From assembly GCA_951406725.2 (NCBI GenBank), contig OX597816.1, positions 129,146,001 through 129,210,000 of the forward strand: a stretch of 64,000 nt of DNA, given 5' to 3'. This DNA is from Octopus vulgaris (lineage: Eukaryota). Shown here piece by piece: positions 1 through 12,597 of this stretch. Positions within the stretch are counted from its first letter, which is position 1. Each line of letters opens with the position of its first letter. The notes below the pieces were generated by a model, which saw only the letters and a list, made by a program, of their open reading frames with translations, did no database searches and was not told where the DNA came from. Both the position numbers and the translations under genes were made by a program.

Positions 1-335
1 CTGCAATTTATGTGGCTGTAAATGTGCCCATAATACAACCAGCAATAATGCAATTGTCAGGAAAGAGATATAGATATAAATCTCAAAGTATTCAACAAGA
101 GTGAAAAGATAACTGTGTAGTCAATATTTATTGCATTGAATTCCAATAGCTTTAGGATTAATATATGCACAAATCACTTGTCTACTGAAACATAGATGGA
201 AAACTTTATTTTAATATTTTCAACATCTAATAAAATCAAATCGCTTTTCGCATCTGACTTAGTGTTAACACCAAATGAGACAATATTTTATTGAAAACTG
301 ACTGACATAGCCATTGTTGTTTCCAATTTCTGCAG

Positions 336-886
336 ACAAAATGTGTTGTGAGAATATTTTTAGACTCATCACTGATGCTGGCCACTGAGAGGCTTATTAT
401 CCCAATACCAGTTTGTAAATATCAAAGATCAGGTGTACGCTTATATTTCTGTATCTATATTCATATCTACGCAAATAGTTATCTATATTCATGCTCATTC
501 TATATTGAACCATAATGAAAGTAGAGTAGGACATGAAGGGGTTGGATGATGATGGAGGTTACTTACTCTCTGTGAGGAACATTACACCAATGTGGATTTA
601 AGCCTCTGGGAATAAAGTGTTCAACTCTGTTGGACTGATTGGTTGATTACCAAAGTGTTATGGTATCCCAATAATGTACAAATTCTCATTAGCAGTCTTG
701 GAGTTGATTATTGGCTTTGTTAGAAGCAACCAGAAGCTAAATCTCTCAAACAAAGACCTGCAAAATGGAGATTCAAGAACTCAGAAGTCCTGCAGCAAAT
801 TAACAAGGTTGATAGACAATGTAGGAAGAGATGTAGATGCTGGATTGAAGTATCTGACTTCCAGTCACATTGCATTATTGCTACAG
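336..886 (+). mobile_element. Possible highly decayed RTE-clade AP-endonuclease remnant (alternatively small host exons)
   Basis: Broken frames give TERLIIPIP, GHEGVG and DYWL/VRSNQKL, weakly resembling RTE EN motifs (NERLM.LR.P, HGVG, DHRLVRSKLKL) in the expected order; many stops and shifts. Confidence 0.3.
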
Positions 887-944
887 GTGAGTTGGAGGTT
901 ATATTTCAATCAGTTACAATTAATCATAACAACTACATCAAAAG

Positions 945-1025
945 CATCATCATCAGCAGCAGCAGCAGCAGCAATATCGACAACAGTAATGAAGATCACT
1001 ACTACTACTGCTGCTGCTGCTGCTG

Positions 1026-1083
<58 letters not shown>

Positions 1084-1159
1084 CACTACAACTACAACTA
1101 CTATTACTGCTGCTGCTGCTGCTAATATTGTTGCAGCTGCTGCCACCACCACCACCACC

Positions 1160-1191
<32 letters not shown>

Positions 1192-1202
1192 ATTTCCATA
1201 TG

Positions 1203-1262
<60 letters not shown>
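945..1262. repeat. Compound microsatellite (CAG)n/(TAC)n/(TGC)n/(CAC)n/(TG)n
   Basis: Seen directly; explains the low-complexity ORFs 674..1387, 892..1125 and 910..1356. Confidence 0.95.
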
Positions 1263-1263
<1 letters not shown>

Positions 1264-1299
1264 ACGTGTATATCTATCCATTTTTCTAAAATTTCCTAA

Positions 1300-1755
1300 T
1301 TTCCTTTCCAACCAAATCATCTTTGGTTCAGTTCCGCTCTGTGATACTTTGGGCAAGTGTCTTCAATTATTGCCTCTAGCAGACTAGAACCTTGAGAGTG
1401 AATTTGGTAGGCAGAAACTGAGAAGCCCATCATTTATACACACACACAAACACACACACAAACACACACACACATATATTTGTCAATGTGTGTGGGAGGG
1501 TGTTAGTGTCTCCTTGTCATGGCATTGCATGAGAGTTTTAGAGGAGTATCATCATCATACAAGTAGTGTTCTTTGTTTCCTATCTTCTGTAAATATATGT
1601 CCAGCTAGGGTGAAATATTACCTTACTTAGAAACAGGTGAGGGTAGGTGACAGGAAGGGCATCTAGTTGTAGAAAATCTGCCTCAACAAATTCTATCTGA
1701 TTTTTGCAAGCATCGAAAAGTGAATATCAAAATGATGAAGATGAAAACAATGATA
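1300..1755 (+). mobile_element. CORE-type tRNA-derived SINE variant with RTE-like 3' tail
   Basis: B-box-like ggttcagttcc, CORE-like tttgggcaagtgtcttc, and a 3' part caggaagggcatctagttgtagaaaa...gcaagcatcgaaaagtg...gatga shared with the RTE tail. Confidence 0.7.
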
Positions 1756-2014
1756 TATATACATACATACATATGTATATATATATATATATATATATAT
1801 CATCATCATCATATAGTGTTCATTTTCCATACTGGCATGGGTTAGATGATTTGATAGGAACTGGTAAGTCAGAGAACTGTATCAGGGTCCAGTCCGATTT
1901 TTGGGTTGGTTTCTATGACAAGATGCCCTTTCTAATGGCAATGACTCCAAGAGTGTAGTGGGTGCCTTTTACATGTATATATATGTATGTGTGTATATAT
2001 ATATACATATACAT

Positions 2015-2067
<53 letters not shown>

Positions 2068-2084
2068 CATATATACATATATAT

Positions 2085-2175
<91 letters not shown>

Positions 2176-2405
2176 TTACCCTTCATAGAGTAACTGCTGC
2201 ATTTATTGAGCATATAAATAGTTTGGCTGCTTGTTTCTCTGGTGACTGTCAGAATGATGTAGATGCTTCTGATGAGAACCCAATAAGATTTTAAAATCAT
2301 AGAGGTTGTTCATCATTATTCAGTCTGCAGAGAAATGGCTAAAATTTGCCCTGTTTATAATTATACCATATGTGACATATACATATATATATATATATAT
2401 ATATA

Positions 2406-2837
2406 AGACCCATTGAGGCAAGTGAGGATCAGAATCGAAATCGATCAATGGAAATCGATCAATGGAAATTACAGATGTGTTACCAGTGCCGGTGGCATGT
2501 AAGAGAACTTTCCGTTTCGCGACCGTTGCCAGCACCGCCCCGTTTCGTGTCCGTTGCCAGCCTTGTCTGGCCCTCGTGCCGGTGGCACATAAAAAGCACC
2601 ATCCGTTCGTGGCCATTTGCCAGCTCTGTCTGGCACCAGTGCGGGTGGCACGTAAAAAGCACCCACTACACTCACGGAGTGGTTGGCGTTAGGAAGGGCA
2701 TCCAGCCGTAGAAACACTGCCAGATTTGACTGGGCCTGATGAAGCCTTCTGGCTTCACAGACCCCAGTAGAACCGTCCAACCCATGCTAGCATGGAAAAC
2801 GGACGCTAAACGATGATGATGATGATGATGATGATGA
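2406..2837 (+). mobile_element. 5'-truncated RTE LINE 3' UTR with (GAT)n tail, inserted in (TA)n
   Basis: Closely similar to the 3' UTR of the RTE at 49195-50020; (TA)n on both sides. Confidence 0.9.
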
Positions 2838-3479
2838 TATATATATATATATATAACACCATTATCTACCATCAACACCAGCACAGCCAGCATCAGCACT
2901 AACACAAGCAACATTAATATCAAAACCAATACAACTATCACCATTATTAATCCAACAACTCCTTAATGACCAACAAGAACACCAACAATAGCATGAACAA
3001 GATAAGCAACTCAATCTGAAATAAAATATAAAAGAAAGCAATCACACAAGATAATGTGCCACAACTGAATCACCAACTTTTGAATAAATACCTGATAACA
3101 TCAATAATAGTATCAGTATGATCACAATGTCTGTAGCTACATATGTTATATGTCAACACAACACCATGACCATGTATGTGAATAAAGTGTCAGTCAAGTC
3201 AGAGGTTAGAGCTGAAGTGTCCATGATCCTAATAACCATTCAACTAATTGTATGTAGTACTTCCTCCCACCTGGCTCCTTCATCTTTTCATCTTCTCATT
3301 TCAGTTGTTACATCCATAAGGATAAGATAAAAAATTTTGCTCCTACAGAACAGTTCTTTGTTGGGTCTTTTGACATATTTGGTGCAGATAATTGATAATT
3401 ACTGCCGTTGCTAGCTTTACCTTTAACTCAAGATATCTGGAAAGAAATCATCAAATGGAACTGGAGGCAGCACTGTAAA

Positions 3480-3625
3480 AATGAGTCATAAAAGGATTGC
3501 ACTGAGTATTAGACTTAATATTTTAAAATGGTTTGATGCAGGAACAAAAGTGCAGTCATACTGCCTAAGCATTAAAGCTTGCAACATCTACAGTGAGAAC
3601 AATACTTGACAACAGGAATTCAAGT
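3480..3625 (+). mobile_element. Tigger/pogo transposase N-terminal HTH remnant
   Basis: HKRIALSIRLNILKWFDAG...(shift)...LKLATSTVRTILDNR matches the CENP-B/psq-type HTH of Tigger transposases. Confidence 0.55.
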
Positions 3626-3702
3626 CAAGTGCTCAAGGAGTTATTCTGTTGGACCTTATTTAATTCATAGATTTAATGTGATGCTTTAAATAGGATGGTT
3701 CA

Positions 3703-3860
3703 TATGATGGTTTCTTTCAGTTTCTGTCAACCAAATCCACTCACAAGGATTTGGTTCATCCAAGGATATAGTAGAAGACACTTGCCCAAGGTGCTACCAA
3801 TGGGACTGAACTCAAGACTATGTGGTTAAGAAGCAAACTACTTATGCATACAGCCATGCC
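3703..3860 (-). mobile_element. CORE-type SINE 5' fragment
   Basis: Reverse complement of the head seen at 47454 and 56561. Confidence 0.8.
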
Positions 3861-4267
3861 TATGACAGTACAGCCATGCCGGTGCCTATACATCCACCTG
3901 TGTCTATTGTGTGTGTTTGTGTGTGCACGTGTGTGTGTGTACATGTGTGCGTATTCCTTTGTCTTGATATCATATAATGGCTGTAAACACCATCATACAA
4001 GTGGTGTGGCTTGTTTCTAAATTTCTGGGCAAGACATGTGGCCATGGATAAATAACAATTTGCTTGGAAACCAGTGAGGGCATTCAACCATAAAGATCTG
4101 CCTAAGTGAATTCTATCTGGCCTATGCTAGCATAGAAAAGGGAACATGATGATGGGGAGGAGGCAGAGGATGATGCTGAAGATGAAAATTTTTATATTCT
4201 ATCTCATCCAATATGTGCTTCCTTTTAAATATTTGTATGAATTAGTGTTAAAATACTAAAGAACAAT

Positions 4268-4580
4268 GCAGGCCTGTGGCTTAGTGGTTAGGGTATTTGG
4301 CTCCCAATCATAAGGTCATGAGTTTGATTCCTGGGGGTACATTGTGTCCTTGAGCAAGACATTTTATATTGCACTGTTCCAGTTTACTCAGCTGGCAAAA
4401 ATGAGTAGTACCTGTATTTCAATGGGCCAGGTTTGTTGCATTTTGTGTCATGCTGAGCCTCCCACAGAACTACATTAAGGATACGCATATCTGTGGAATG
4501 CTCATCAGCCACTTGCAAGTTAATTTCATGGGCAGGCTGTTCTGTTGATCAAATCAACTGGAACCCTTGTTGTCATACTA
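4268..4580 (+). mobile_element. tRNA-derived SINE (Meta-like body), decayed
   Basis: A box tggcttagtggt, B box gtttgattcc, body ccttgagcaagac...ccagtttactcagctg; 3' part shared with the 32927 copy. Confidence 0.8.
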
Positions 4581-4881
4581 AGGAAGATGAGGACCAATAC
4601 AAAGAAATTATTGGAGCTTGGTGCATCATCAGTTATGTTCCTACCCACTCATATCACAATATCTAACTCATATTCTAATACTAACAAAAAATTTGGGGAG
4701 AAATGTATTTAATTTGTATCTGGTCTAAATATTTTATTTCTAAAAAAAATTAAGTTACTGCTAAACCCCTATTACACCCATAACCCACTTTACCATCCCT
4801 TGACATCGACATTTGCTTCACTCTTGTGAGGTTACAATGCTTCCAAAGGTGCATCAGCATCCAGGTTAAGAATCACTAATC

Positions 4882-4930
<49 letters not shown>

Positions 4931-5536
4931 TATCATCATTATCACTTTCATCATCAACCATCAACATTTAACATCCATTTTCCATGCTAGCATTGGTAGA
5001 ACAGCTTCACAGGAACTGGCAAGACCAGAGTCCACACCAGGTTCCATTGTCTGTTTTGGCTTGGTTTCTATGGCTAGTTGTCTTTCCTAAAGCCAATGGG
5101 GATGCCCTTCCTAACACCAAACTAGGCATAAATAATCACAGCATTTAGGAACAACTCGCCTGGTGATGTAGCTAGTGTGTGTGTGTGTGATGCACAGAGC
5201 AGCCCTTAAGTTTGTGCCTTCACCCATACTCTCCAAGACCACAAGTCTATACAGGCATATACGATAGACCCAAAAAGCATTGCTCAGGGCAGATCACCTC
5301 TTCCTCACTCTCACTAGTTACAAACACTACTGAACTTTCCACCATGTGATGCATAAGTACAGTAACACAGTACTGTAAACAGACAAATATTTTATCAACC
5401 TGATGTGAAATTTAACTTCTCTTGTGGATATGGCTAGAAGAGGAATGAACATTACCAAGTTCTGTACATAACTTTAAAACAAAGTATCTGACAAGGCAAT
5501 AGCTTATGATAGTTACCACTAAACCAATGACATTTA

Positions 5537-5759
5537 TACAAAGGGGTACTGAAAAATTCTTGGCTTTGGGTAAAAGAAAATACAAGAGGAATAGTTAATT
5601 ATGATTTTATTCAACATATTCCATTCTCAGATTCGCACACTTATTGCAGTAGTCCTTCAATTTTTCTAAGCTCTGTAAAAGAACTCAGAAGGTTGGGTCT
5701 CCCAACCAGGACTTTTGCAATACCCTCAAAGCCAGGAACTTTTCAGCACCCCACTTGTA
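5537..5759. mobile_element. Mariner-derived MITE
   Basis: TIRs tacaaaggggtactgaaaaattcttggctttg / caaagccaggaacttttcagcaccccacttgta with terminal TA; a related fragment lies at ~35931-36025. Confidence 0.85.
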
Positions 5760-7866
5760 TAAAGGCATTTAAAAATGTCTCTACTGCACTTTTAGCTGTG
5801 ATTTTTATAATCTGCATTGCAATTTTATTGCTTTAGGGATTAAGAATTAAAACATGTGATCTTCATTCTAAAGATAAAGGAGAATTTCTTTTACAGAGAT
5901 TTGAATGTTACACTAAGTAAGCAAAACTGTAATATAAAAGTTCATTCACTAGATTCATTCTGTGGAGAATTGATGTTTGAGTATTGGAATGAGTTGACAA
6001 GACACTGTTAACTGCAGAATAAAACACTTATTTAGAGAACAATAATTTTAAGCTTTAAATGAAATGTTGAAAACTTAGAATGATAATTTTATAAAGTCAG
6101 AATTGAAATTGCAGTGCTGTTAACTGAACTGTGATGAATTAAGTTAGAAATGTACTGATCAATGGTAAGATGTTAAATAGAGTTCTCACTTGATATCACA
6201 TACATCAAATAGAACTGTTAAAGTTATTGCATACAGTTGGTTGAGATATAGGAAATTACAGCTAATAGGTGTTGGTGCATAGTAGACCTACTGAGGCAGA
6301 ATTTTGGCCATCTTATATAAAAGAAGAAAATGTGTGTGTGTCTGTGTGTGTGGCGCGCACGTCTCTGTGTGTGTGTATGTGTGCACACACACGCATATGC
6401 TGATTCTGGTCTCCATGGTTTATGAGAGGTTTTCATGTTTATTGTTCTTGTCTGATATTTGTGTCCACGTCCTATTTTGATTCTTCTTACTAGATTTCTA
6501 GTGAACACATCATATTATTATTATTGCTCATCTACAAGATGGTGAGGTGGCTGAGTCGTTAGCATGCTGGACTAGATACATAAGAGCATTTCGTCTGGTT
6601 CTTTACGTTGTGAGTTCAAAAACTGTCATAGGCAACTTCACCTTTCGTCCTTTCACCAACCCTTTCAAGGTTGATGAAATATGCCCCAATCAAGTACTAG
6701 GGTCAATGTAATCAACTAATCCACACTCCCTAAAAATTACAAACCTTGTGCAAAAATTTGAACCCATCAATGCTCATCTATAGATGCTTTTCTTCTCATA
6801 TTGTAACAACTCTATCTTTCCCCCCTTGTCTACCCTTTCTCTCTATTTCTCTTCATCTTTCTCTTTTGTTCTCACTGCCACTTACAATTTATTTCCCCCT
6901 CTCTATATCTTGCTTTCAATTTGTGTTTCTTGTTTACTTGCTCTCACTGACATTTGCTGTTTCTCTCTTTGCCTTTTTTTTTTTTTGTCCTCTCACATTC
7001 CTTTATCCAACTTTCTTGTACCCAGTTCCAACATTCCCTTCCTTCATTCAGTCTCTTTTTTACATGAAGGTTCTTATATTTTTATCTTCTTGCATATTTA
7101 TATTATAACAAAGGTCTTCTTTTCCCAATTTTCCTATTTTCCAAACTCATTGAGTTTGTTGTTTTTATGTGTCCAGCTAAAAGATTGCATTACGCATGCA
7201 TTCTTCTTGAATTGTATTACATGTTTCTGTTTTAATTTTTAGTTTTCTGTCTCATTTTTATGTTGTTGTCTTCTATATTCTAAGACTTTTTTCTTTGTAA
7301 TATCTATCACCCCAGTGATATTTAATATCAACTAAAGGAGTAGTCCCATTTTTAGATTCTAAATGAACTGAAAATCTATTGATTCTGGTTTCTATGGCTG
7401 ATGATAGGTGTTTTATGTTTTATTGTCCTTTTCTGTTAACTTATTTCCATGTCCCACTTTTATTTTCATTACTCCTATCTATTTATCTATCTACACACAC
7501 ACACACATACACACACATGCACACACACACACATGAACATACACACACATGCACTCACATATAGATATACATATATATATATATGTGTGTGTGTATGTTT
7601 ATATAATGTATATGTACATATATATGTATATATAAATTCTTGAATTTATTTCTATATTTAATGTAGCTACATAAAATGTTATTATATGTATTAAATATTC
7701 ATGTAGCTAGTCATATGTTTGTGTGTGTATTTGTGTGTGTGCACACACACACACATACATGCTTACATATCTAAAGCTTTCTGTAAAGTGAGAAAAAAGA
7801 AACAAAAGTGTTTTATGAAGATTTAAGAAAAACAAGATAAAGTGACATCTGGATTTCAATAGAATT

Positions 7867-8125
7867 TACAAGGGGCAGCTGAAAAGTTCACAGGCTGACT
7901 GAGATACACTAATGAAATTTCACTAAATAACGTTTATTTTTCAACATAGTCCCCCTTACAATCCACTCACTTCTTCCATCAGTGTTGCAGTGCTTGGATC
8001 CCATTGGTGAAGAAGCTTCCACTTTGTTGGTCAAAAAAGTCATCAACAGCATATATGACATCATCAGCACAGCAATACTGATTCCCAGCTAAGAGTTTTT
8101 TCATGTTGGGGAACAGATGATAATG
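7867..8125 (-). mobile_element. Mariner transposase 3' remnant with one TIR
   Basis: YHLFPNMKKLLAG...FFTNGIQALQH*WKK*VDCKGDYVEK C-terminus; TIR tacaaggggcagctgaaaagttc. Confidence 0.85.
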
Positions 8126-8287
8126 GGATTGGGGCTTCTTCCAGTTTCCATCTACTAAATCCACTCACAAGGCTTTGGTCATCCCAAGGCTATAGTAGAA
8201 GACACTTGCCCAATGTGTCACGCAGTGGGACTGAACCTGGAACCATGTGATTGGGAAACAAGCTTTTTACTACACAGCCATGTAGTA

Positions 8288-8720
8288 CATCATCATTATC
8301 ATCATTGTTGTTTAACGTCCGCTTTCCATGCTGGTATGGGTTGGACAGTTTGACTGAAGACTGGTGAACCAGAAGGTTGCAGCAGGTTCAATCTGATCTG
8401 GCAAAGTTTCTACAGCTGGATGCCCTTCCTAATACCAACCACTCCGAGAGTGTAGTGGGTGCTTTTACGTGCCACCAGCACAAATGCCAGTCAGGCGGTT
8501 CTGGTAACGACCACGCTCAAAAGGTGTTTTTATGTGCTACCTGCACAGGAACCAGTCCGGCAGCACTGACAACAACCATGCTCGAATGTTGTTTTTCACT
8601 TTCCACCGCTCAAATGATGCTTTTACATGCTACCGTCATGGGAGCCAATCCATGACCCTGGCAACAATCACACTCGGATGTGCTTTTAACATTCCACTGG
8701 CACGAGTGCCAATCAAGTGG
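8288..8720 (-). mobile_element. RTE LINE 3' UTR copy
   Basis: tttaacgtccgctttccatgctgg...ctacagctggatgcccttcctaa plus decayed internal subrepeats. Confidence 0.85.
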
Positions 8721-8827
8721 TTAAAATATGGAACGCTTCACGAATTTGTGTCATCCTTTTGCAGGAGCCATGTTAATCTTCTCCGTATCGTTCCAATTTT
8801 AGAGAGAGAGAGAGAGAGATACATATA

Positions 8828-9052
8828 TTTTCTTTTATTGTTTTACTTGTTTCAGTCATTAGACTGTGGCCGTGCTGGGGCACCACCTTTGAAGAATTTT
8901 AGTAGAATGTAAGTAGACCACAGTACTCTTTTTAAAAGCCTGGTTATTCTATTGATATCTTTGGTTAAACTGCTAAGTTATGGGGACATAAAAACACCAA
9001 CACCAGTTATCAAGTGGTGGTGGGGGACAAACACATACACTTACACACACAA

Positions 9053-9099
<47 letters not shown>

Positions 9100-9277
9100 T
9101 ACACACACACACATACACACACGATGGGCTTCTTTCAGTTTCTGCCTACCAAAGTCACTCATAAGGGTTTGGTTGGCTCAGGGCTAGAGTAGAAGACCCT
9201 TGCCCAAGGTGCCACACAGGAGGACTGAACCTGGCACCATGTGGTTGGGAAGCCAGCTTCTTACCACACAGCCACAG
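8828..9277 (-). mobile_element. CORE-type tRNA-derived SINE, near full length
   Basis: Reverse complement of the 47454 family, with an internal (CA)n tract. Confidence 0.85.
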
Positions 9278-10425
9278 GCTATAATGTATTACACTGATAA
9301 TGTCATAATAATATTTATAAATATTTGATATTTCAGAATATGTCTAACAGTAATAATGCTGTCACACTATATATAAAATGGGCCAGAATATGTTGTAACT
9401 GTGATAATATTGTCGCAATATTAATAAATAAGCCTCAATGCTGTAGTATTTATAAGAATAGCTCTACATGATTTATAACAGTAGCTAGCTATTGTTATAA
9501 TCTTAAATATTACAGAGTTACCATATGTCAGGAAAACTTGTGTTGCTTTTACTACTACTACCACTGATGTTTGTATATCAAGTTTGCACAGATGAACAGT
9601 GATATGAAATTTACTGTTGCCTCAACTACTGCTGCTAATCCTTTAAATATCAAATTTTCAATTCTCTGCCAGCTTTAATTATTGTTGTTATTCTCCGGAT
9701 GAGCTGAGGTCTGCAACCTTTGTTTCAGTTCCTGACTTGAGCTATTTCCTTTTATTTGTGTTGCTTACTAAATTTAATTTGCTGGTGTCTAATCTAGGAT
9801 TCAATGTCAAAGAATACATGCTTATATTTAAACAGTCATTGTGAAGGATTCAGATAGTATATATATTATATGTGTGTCTGTGCATATGCATGTATGCATG
9901 TGTATGTACACACACATACACACATACACACACACACAGACATTCATTCAGATAGACAAATACAAATGTGGGTTTGTCCATCAACTTTTCTGTATGATTA
10001 TGGGTGTGTGGTGTATATGTGTGTTTTGAGTGATGTGATTAACAAGGATAATAACAAATGTTGGAGTAGTAACAAAGACCATTCTCAGCATTACAATAAA
10101 TTATTACACCCTACTTCTGTATTGAATGCTTTCCTTTCCTCTTAGTAAAATGCATATAAGTAGTTATGCATACAGTCATGCATACATACGCACACACACA
10201 CATACATACGTACATACATACATGCATACATACATACATACATACATACATACATACATACATACATACATACATACAAACATATACATATGTAATATGC
10301 ATACACATGCATACAAGGATATGTACATCATAATCACCATTATCAAGATTTAACATTCATTTTCCAAGCTGATATGGGTTGGATGCCCTTCCTAATGCAA
10401 ACCACTCTACAGAATGTACTGAATG

Positions 10426-10464
<39 letters not shown>

Positions 10465-10628
10465 AAATTTAGAGGACTGTCCACTAAAAGTGGACAGCCT
10501 ATATGCTAAACATAGATGTCAAATTGCCATTACCACAAAGAATGTGTTCTCAAGAAAAATCTCAACAAAAAACCAAAATGTAAAAATAAGCAAGACAAAT
10601 GAAAATATACGAAATAAAAAATGATTAC

Positions 10629-10702
10629 CTATGTACCATTGGTTTCACTTGTTAATATTTATGTATATGGACTTGTAAATATCTGCAAGATCATCAGCAT
10701 AG
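10629..10702 (-). ncRNA. Type-I hammerhead ribozyme motif within a probable PLE terminal repeat (~10470-10975)
   Basis: Minus strand CUAUG-CUGAUGA-[long stem II CUUG..AUAUUUA/UAAAUAU..CAAG]-U-GAAAC-CAAUG-GUA-CAUAG; stem I CUAUG/CAUAG, GUA triplet. Confidence 0.7.
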
Positions 10703-11986
10703 TCTTTCGTTTACAAAATACAATTTCCAGAACTAGATACAGAACACTCTACCAAAATCCATCATGTATAAAGTTCTACAAATTATATTTAGGTGTAACT
10801 TTCAAATGCCTTCACTTTAGCATGCTGAGATCGGAAACTACTCTGCAGTTAATAAACTACAACAGTCAATTTACCAGTTAGAGAACATCTTTTTTATTTT
10901 AAATTAAATAAGGGTAGAAATTGATACTAATCAATTAAAACCAGTGGCTTAGCATATTTTAAACAATCCGAAAATTAAACATTGTGTTACATACAAAATT
11001 TAGAGGACTGACAAAATTTAGAGGAGGGGAGGAGGAGGAAGTCAATGATGATGATGACAATAATGATGGTGGTGGTGATGGTGGCAAGGAGGAGGAGGAC
11101 AATAATAATGATGATGATGATGATGATGATGACGATGAAGACAACAACGGTGATGATGATGACAATGATAATAAAAAATGGTGATGAAGGTGTTGATGAT
11201 GATGATATCAATGACATTCTCACTGTTACAACATAAATACATCTGACTTCTTTTACATAAATAGTGTGACAATATTATTTATGTGACCTATTTATATAAT
11301 ATTCTGGCAACATTATTAGTTATAACAGATTCTGATCTATTTATAAATATTTCAACAACATTATCATTGCTTTCTCCTATTGATAAATATTATGCTAGAA
11401 TTATTGCTGCCACATATATTCTGACTACATTATTAGTTTGGCTTATTTATAAATATTTTCAAGCATGTTTTCTCCATGTTGCTATATGAAAACTTAAGGT
11501 GGTTTTAGAGTCGGTTCATGGCTGCTATTTTCAGCATGGTGGTATCTTGTAGATACTCTAATTTATAATTTTGATAATTATTACCTTTGAAGCTTATTTT
11601 TTCCATGCTGACCACTTGATAAGTTCATTGTTTTATTTTAAATTAACGATCTTATCCTTATTTATATATATGTATATATAAATATATATAATATATACCA
11701 GAGTAAGCACATAAATGCGAAACAAGGTGGAAAAAATAGTACTTGAATACCAGAGGTAGAAGAGTAATATGCTTTACTGAAAAGCAGCAATAAAGTATAC
11801 AAATGTGTGTGTGTATATATATATATCATGTGATCATGTGATCGACCAGGCACAGTCACATTGTATTTTGGACCGATTTAGCCTTCAAATTATGCCACTG
11901 TGCTGGCTAGGCAAGAAGGCCAATATTCACAACCTGATCGATAGGGGGACTTGAGCAATGTGAAATAAAGTGTTTTGCTCAAGATG

Positions 11987-12036
11987 GAGTCATATCATTG
12001 ATGATTTCGGATGTGATTAATCTTCATCAGTGACTC
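11987..12036 (-). ncRNA. Minimal type-I hammerhead ribozyme motif
   Basis: Minus strand GAGUCA-CUGAUGA-AGAU(UAAUCAC)AUCC-GAA-AUCAU(CA)AUGAU-A-UGACUC; 6-bp stem I, intact core, AUA triplet. Confidence 0.75.
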
Positions 12037-12257
12037 ATTACTCTATTGCCGAGGGATAAAAATTTAACTCACCTTGTCAGTCTTACAAAGAACAACATAG
12101 GAAACATTGGTTGATTCCAAAACTGATGATATATATATATATACATATATATATATGTATGTATAATAAAGACACAAACACACACATATATACATACATA
12201 CATATATATATATATATACACACACACATACACACACACATATATAAAAAGAAAAAA

Positions 12258-12510
12258 TAAATGTGCCCTTTTAAAGCCTAGCCAGGCTCATGGGCCTGGT
12301 TTCCTGGTTTCAATGGCGTATGTGCTCCCCAGCTGGACGGGATGCCAGTCCATCACAGCGTTACTTATTTTTGCCAGCTGAGTGAACTGGAGCAACATGA
12401 AATGAAGTGATTTTGCTCAAGAACACAACGCTTTGCCCAGTCCAGGAATCGAAACCACAATCTTACGATCATGATGCTGACACCCTAACTACTAAGCCAC
12501 GTGCCTCCAC
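12258..12510 (-). mobile_element. tRNA-derived SINE (Meta-like body)
   Basis: Reverse complement of gtggaggcacgtggcttagtagttaggg...gtttcgattcctgg...gttcttgagcaaaa...ctccagttcactcagctg. Confidence 0.85.
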
Positions 12511-12597
12511 ACACACATATATACATACATATATATATAAACATATATCCAGCTTGCAATATTTAAAAAAATAAGTGACTATCAGTCATTGATTTTG

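Noticed and set aside
674-1387. 237-aa ORF and the many YI/HT/CV/poly-amino-acid ORFs across the window
   Set aside because: Translations of microsatellites, open only because the repeats lack stop codons
2268-2300. Isolated CTGANGA cores (also 2736, 4176, 12124, 40446, 41694 and 61571)
   Set aside because: No stem II, GAAA and stem I arrangement follows
2179-2324. Minus-strand exon candidate (ttctctgcag acceptor, GTAACT donor)
   Set aside because: Stops in all three frames; may be a decayed RT fragment
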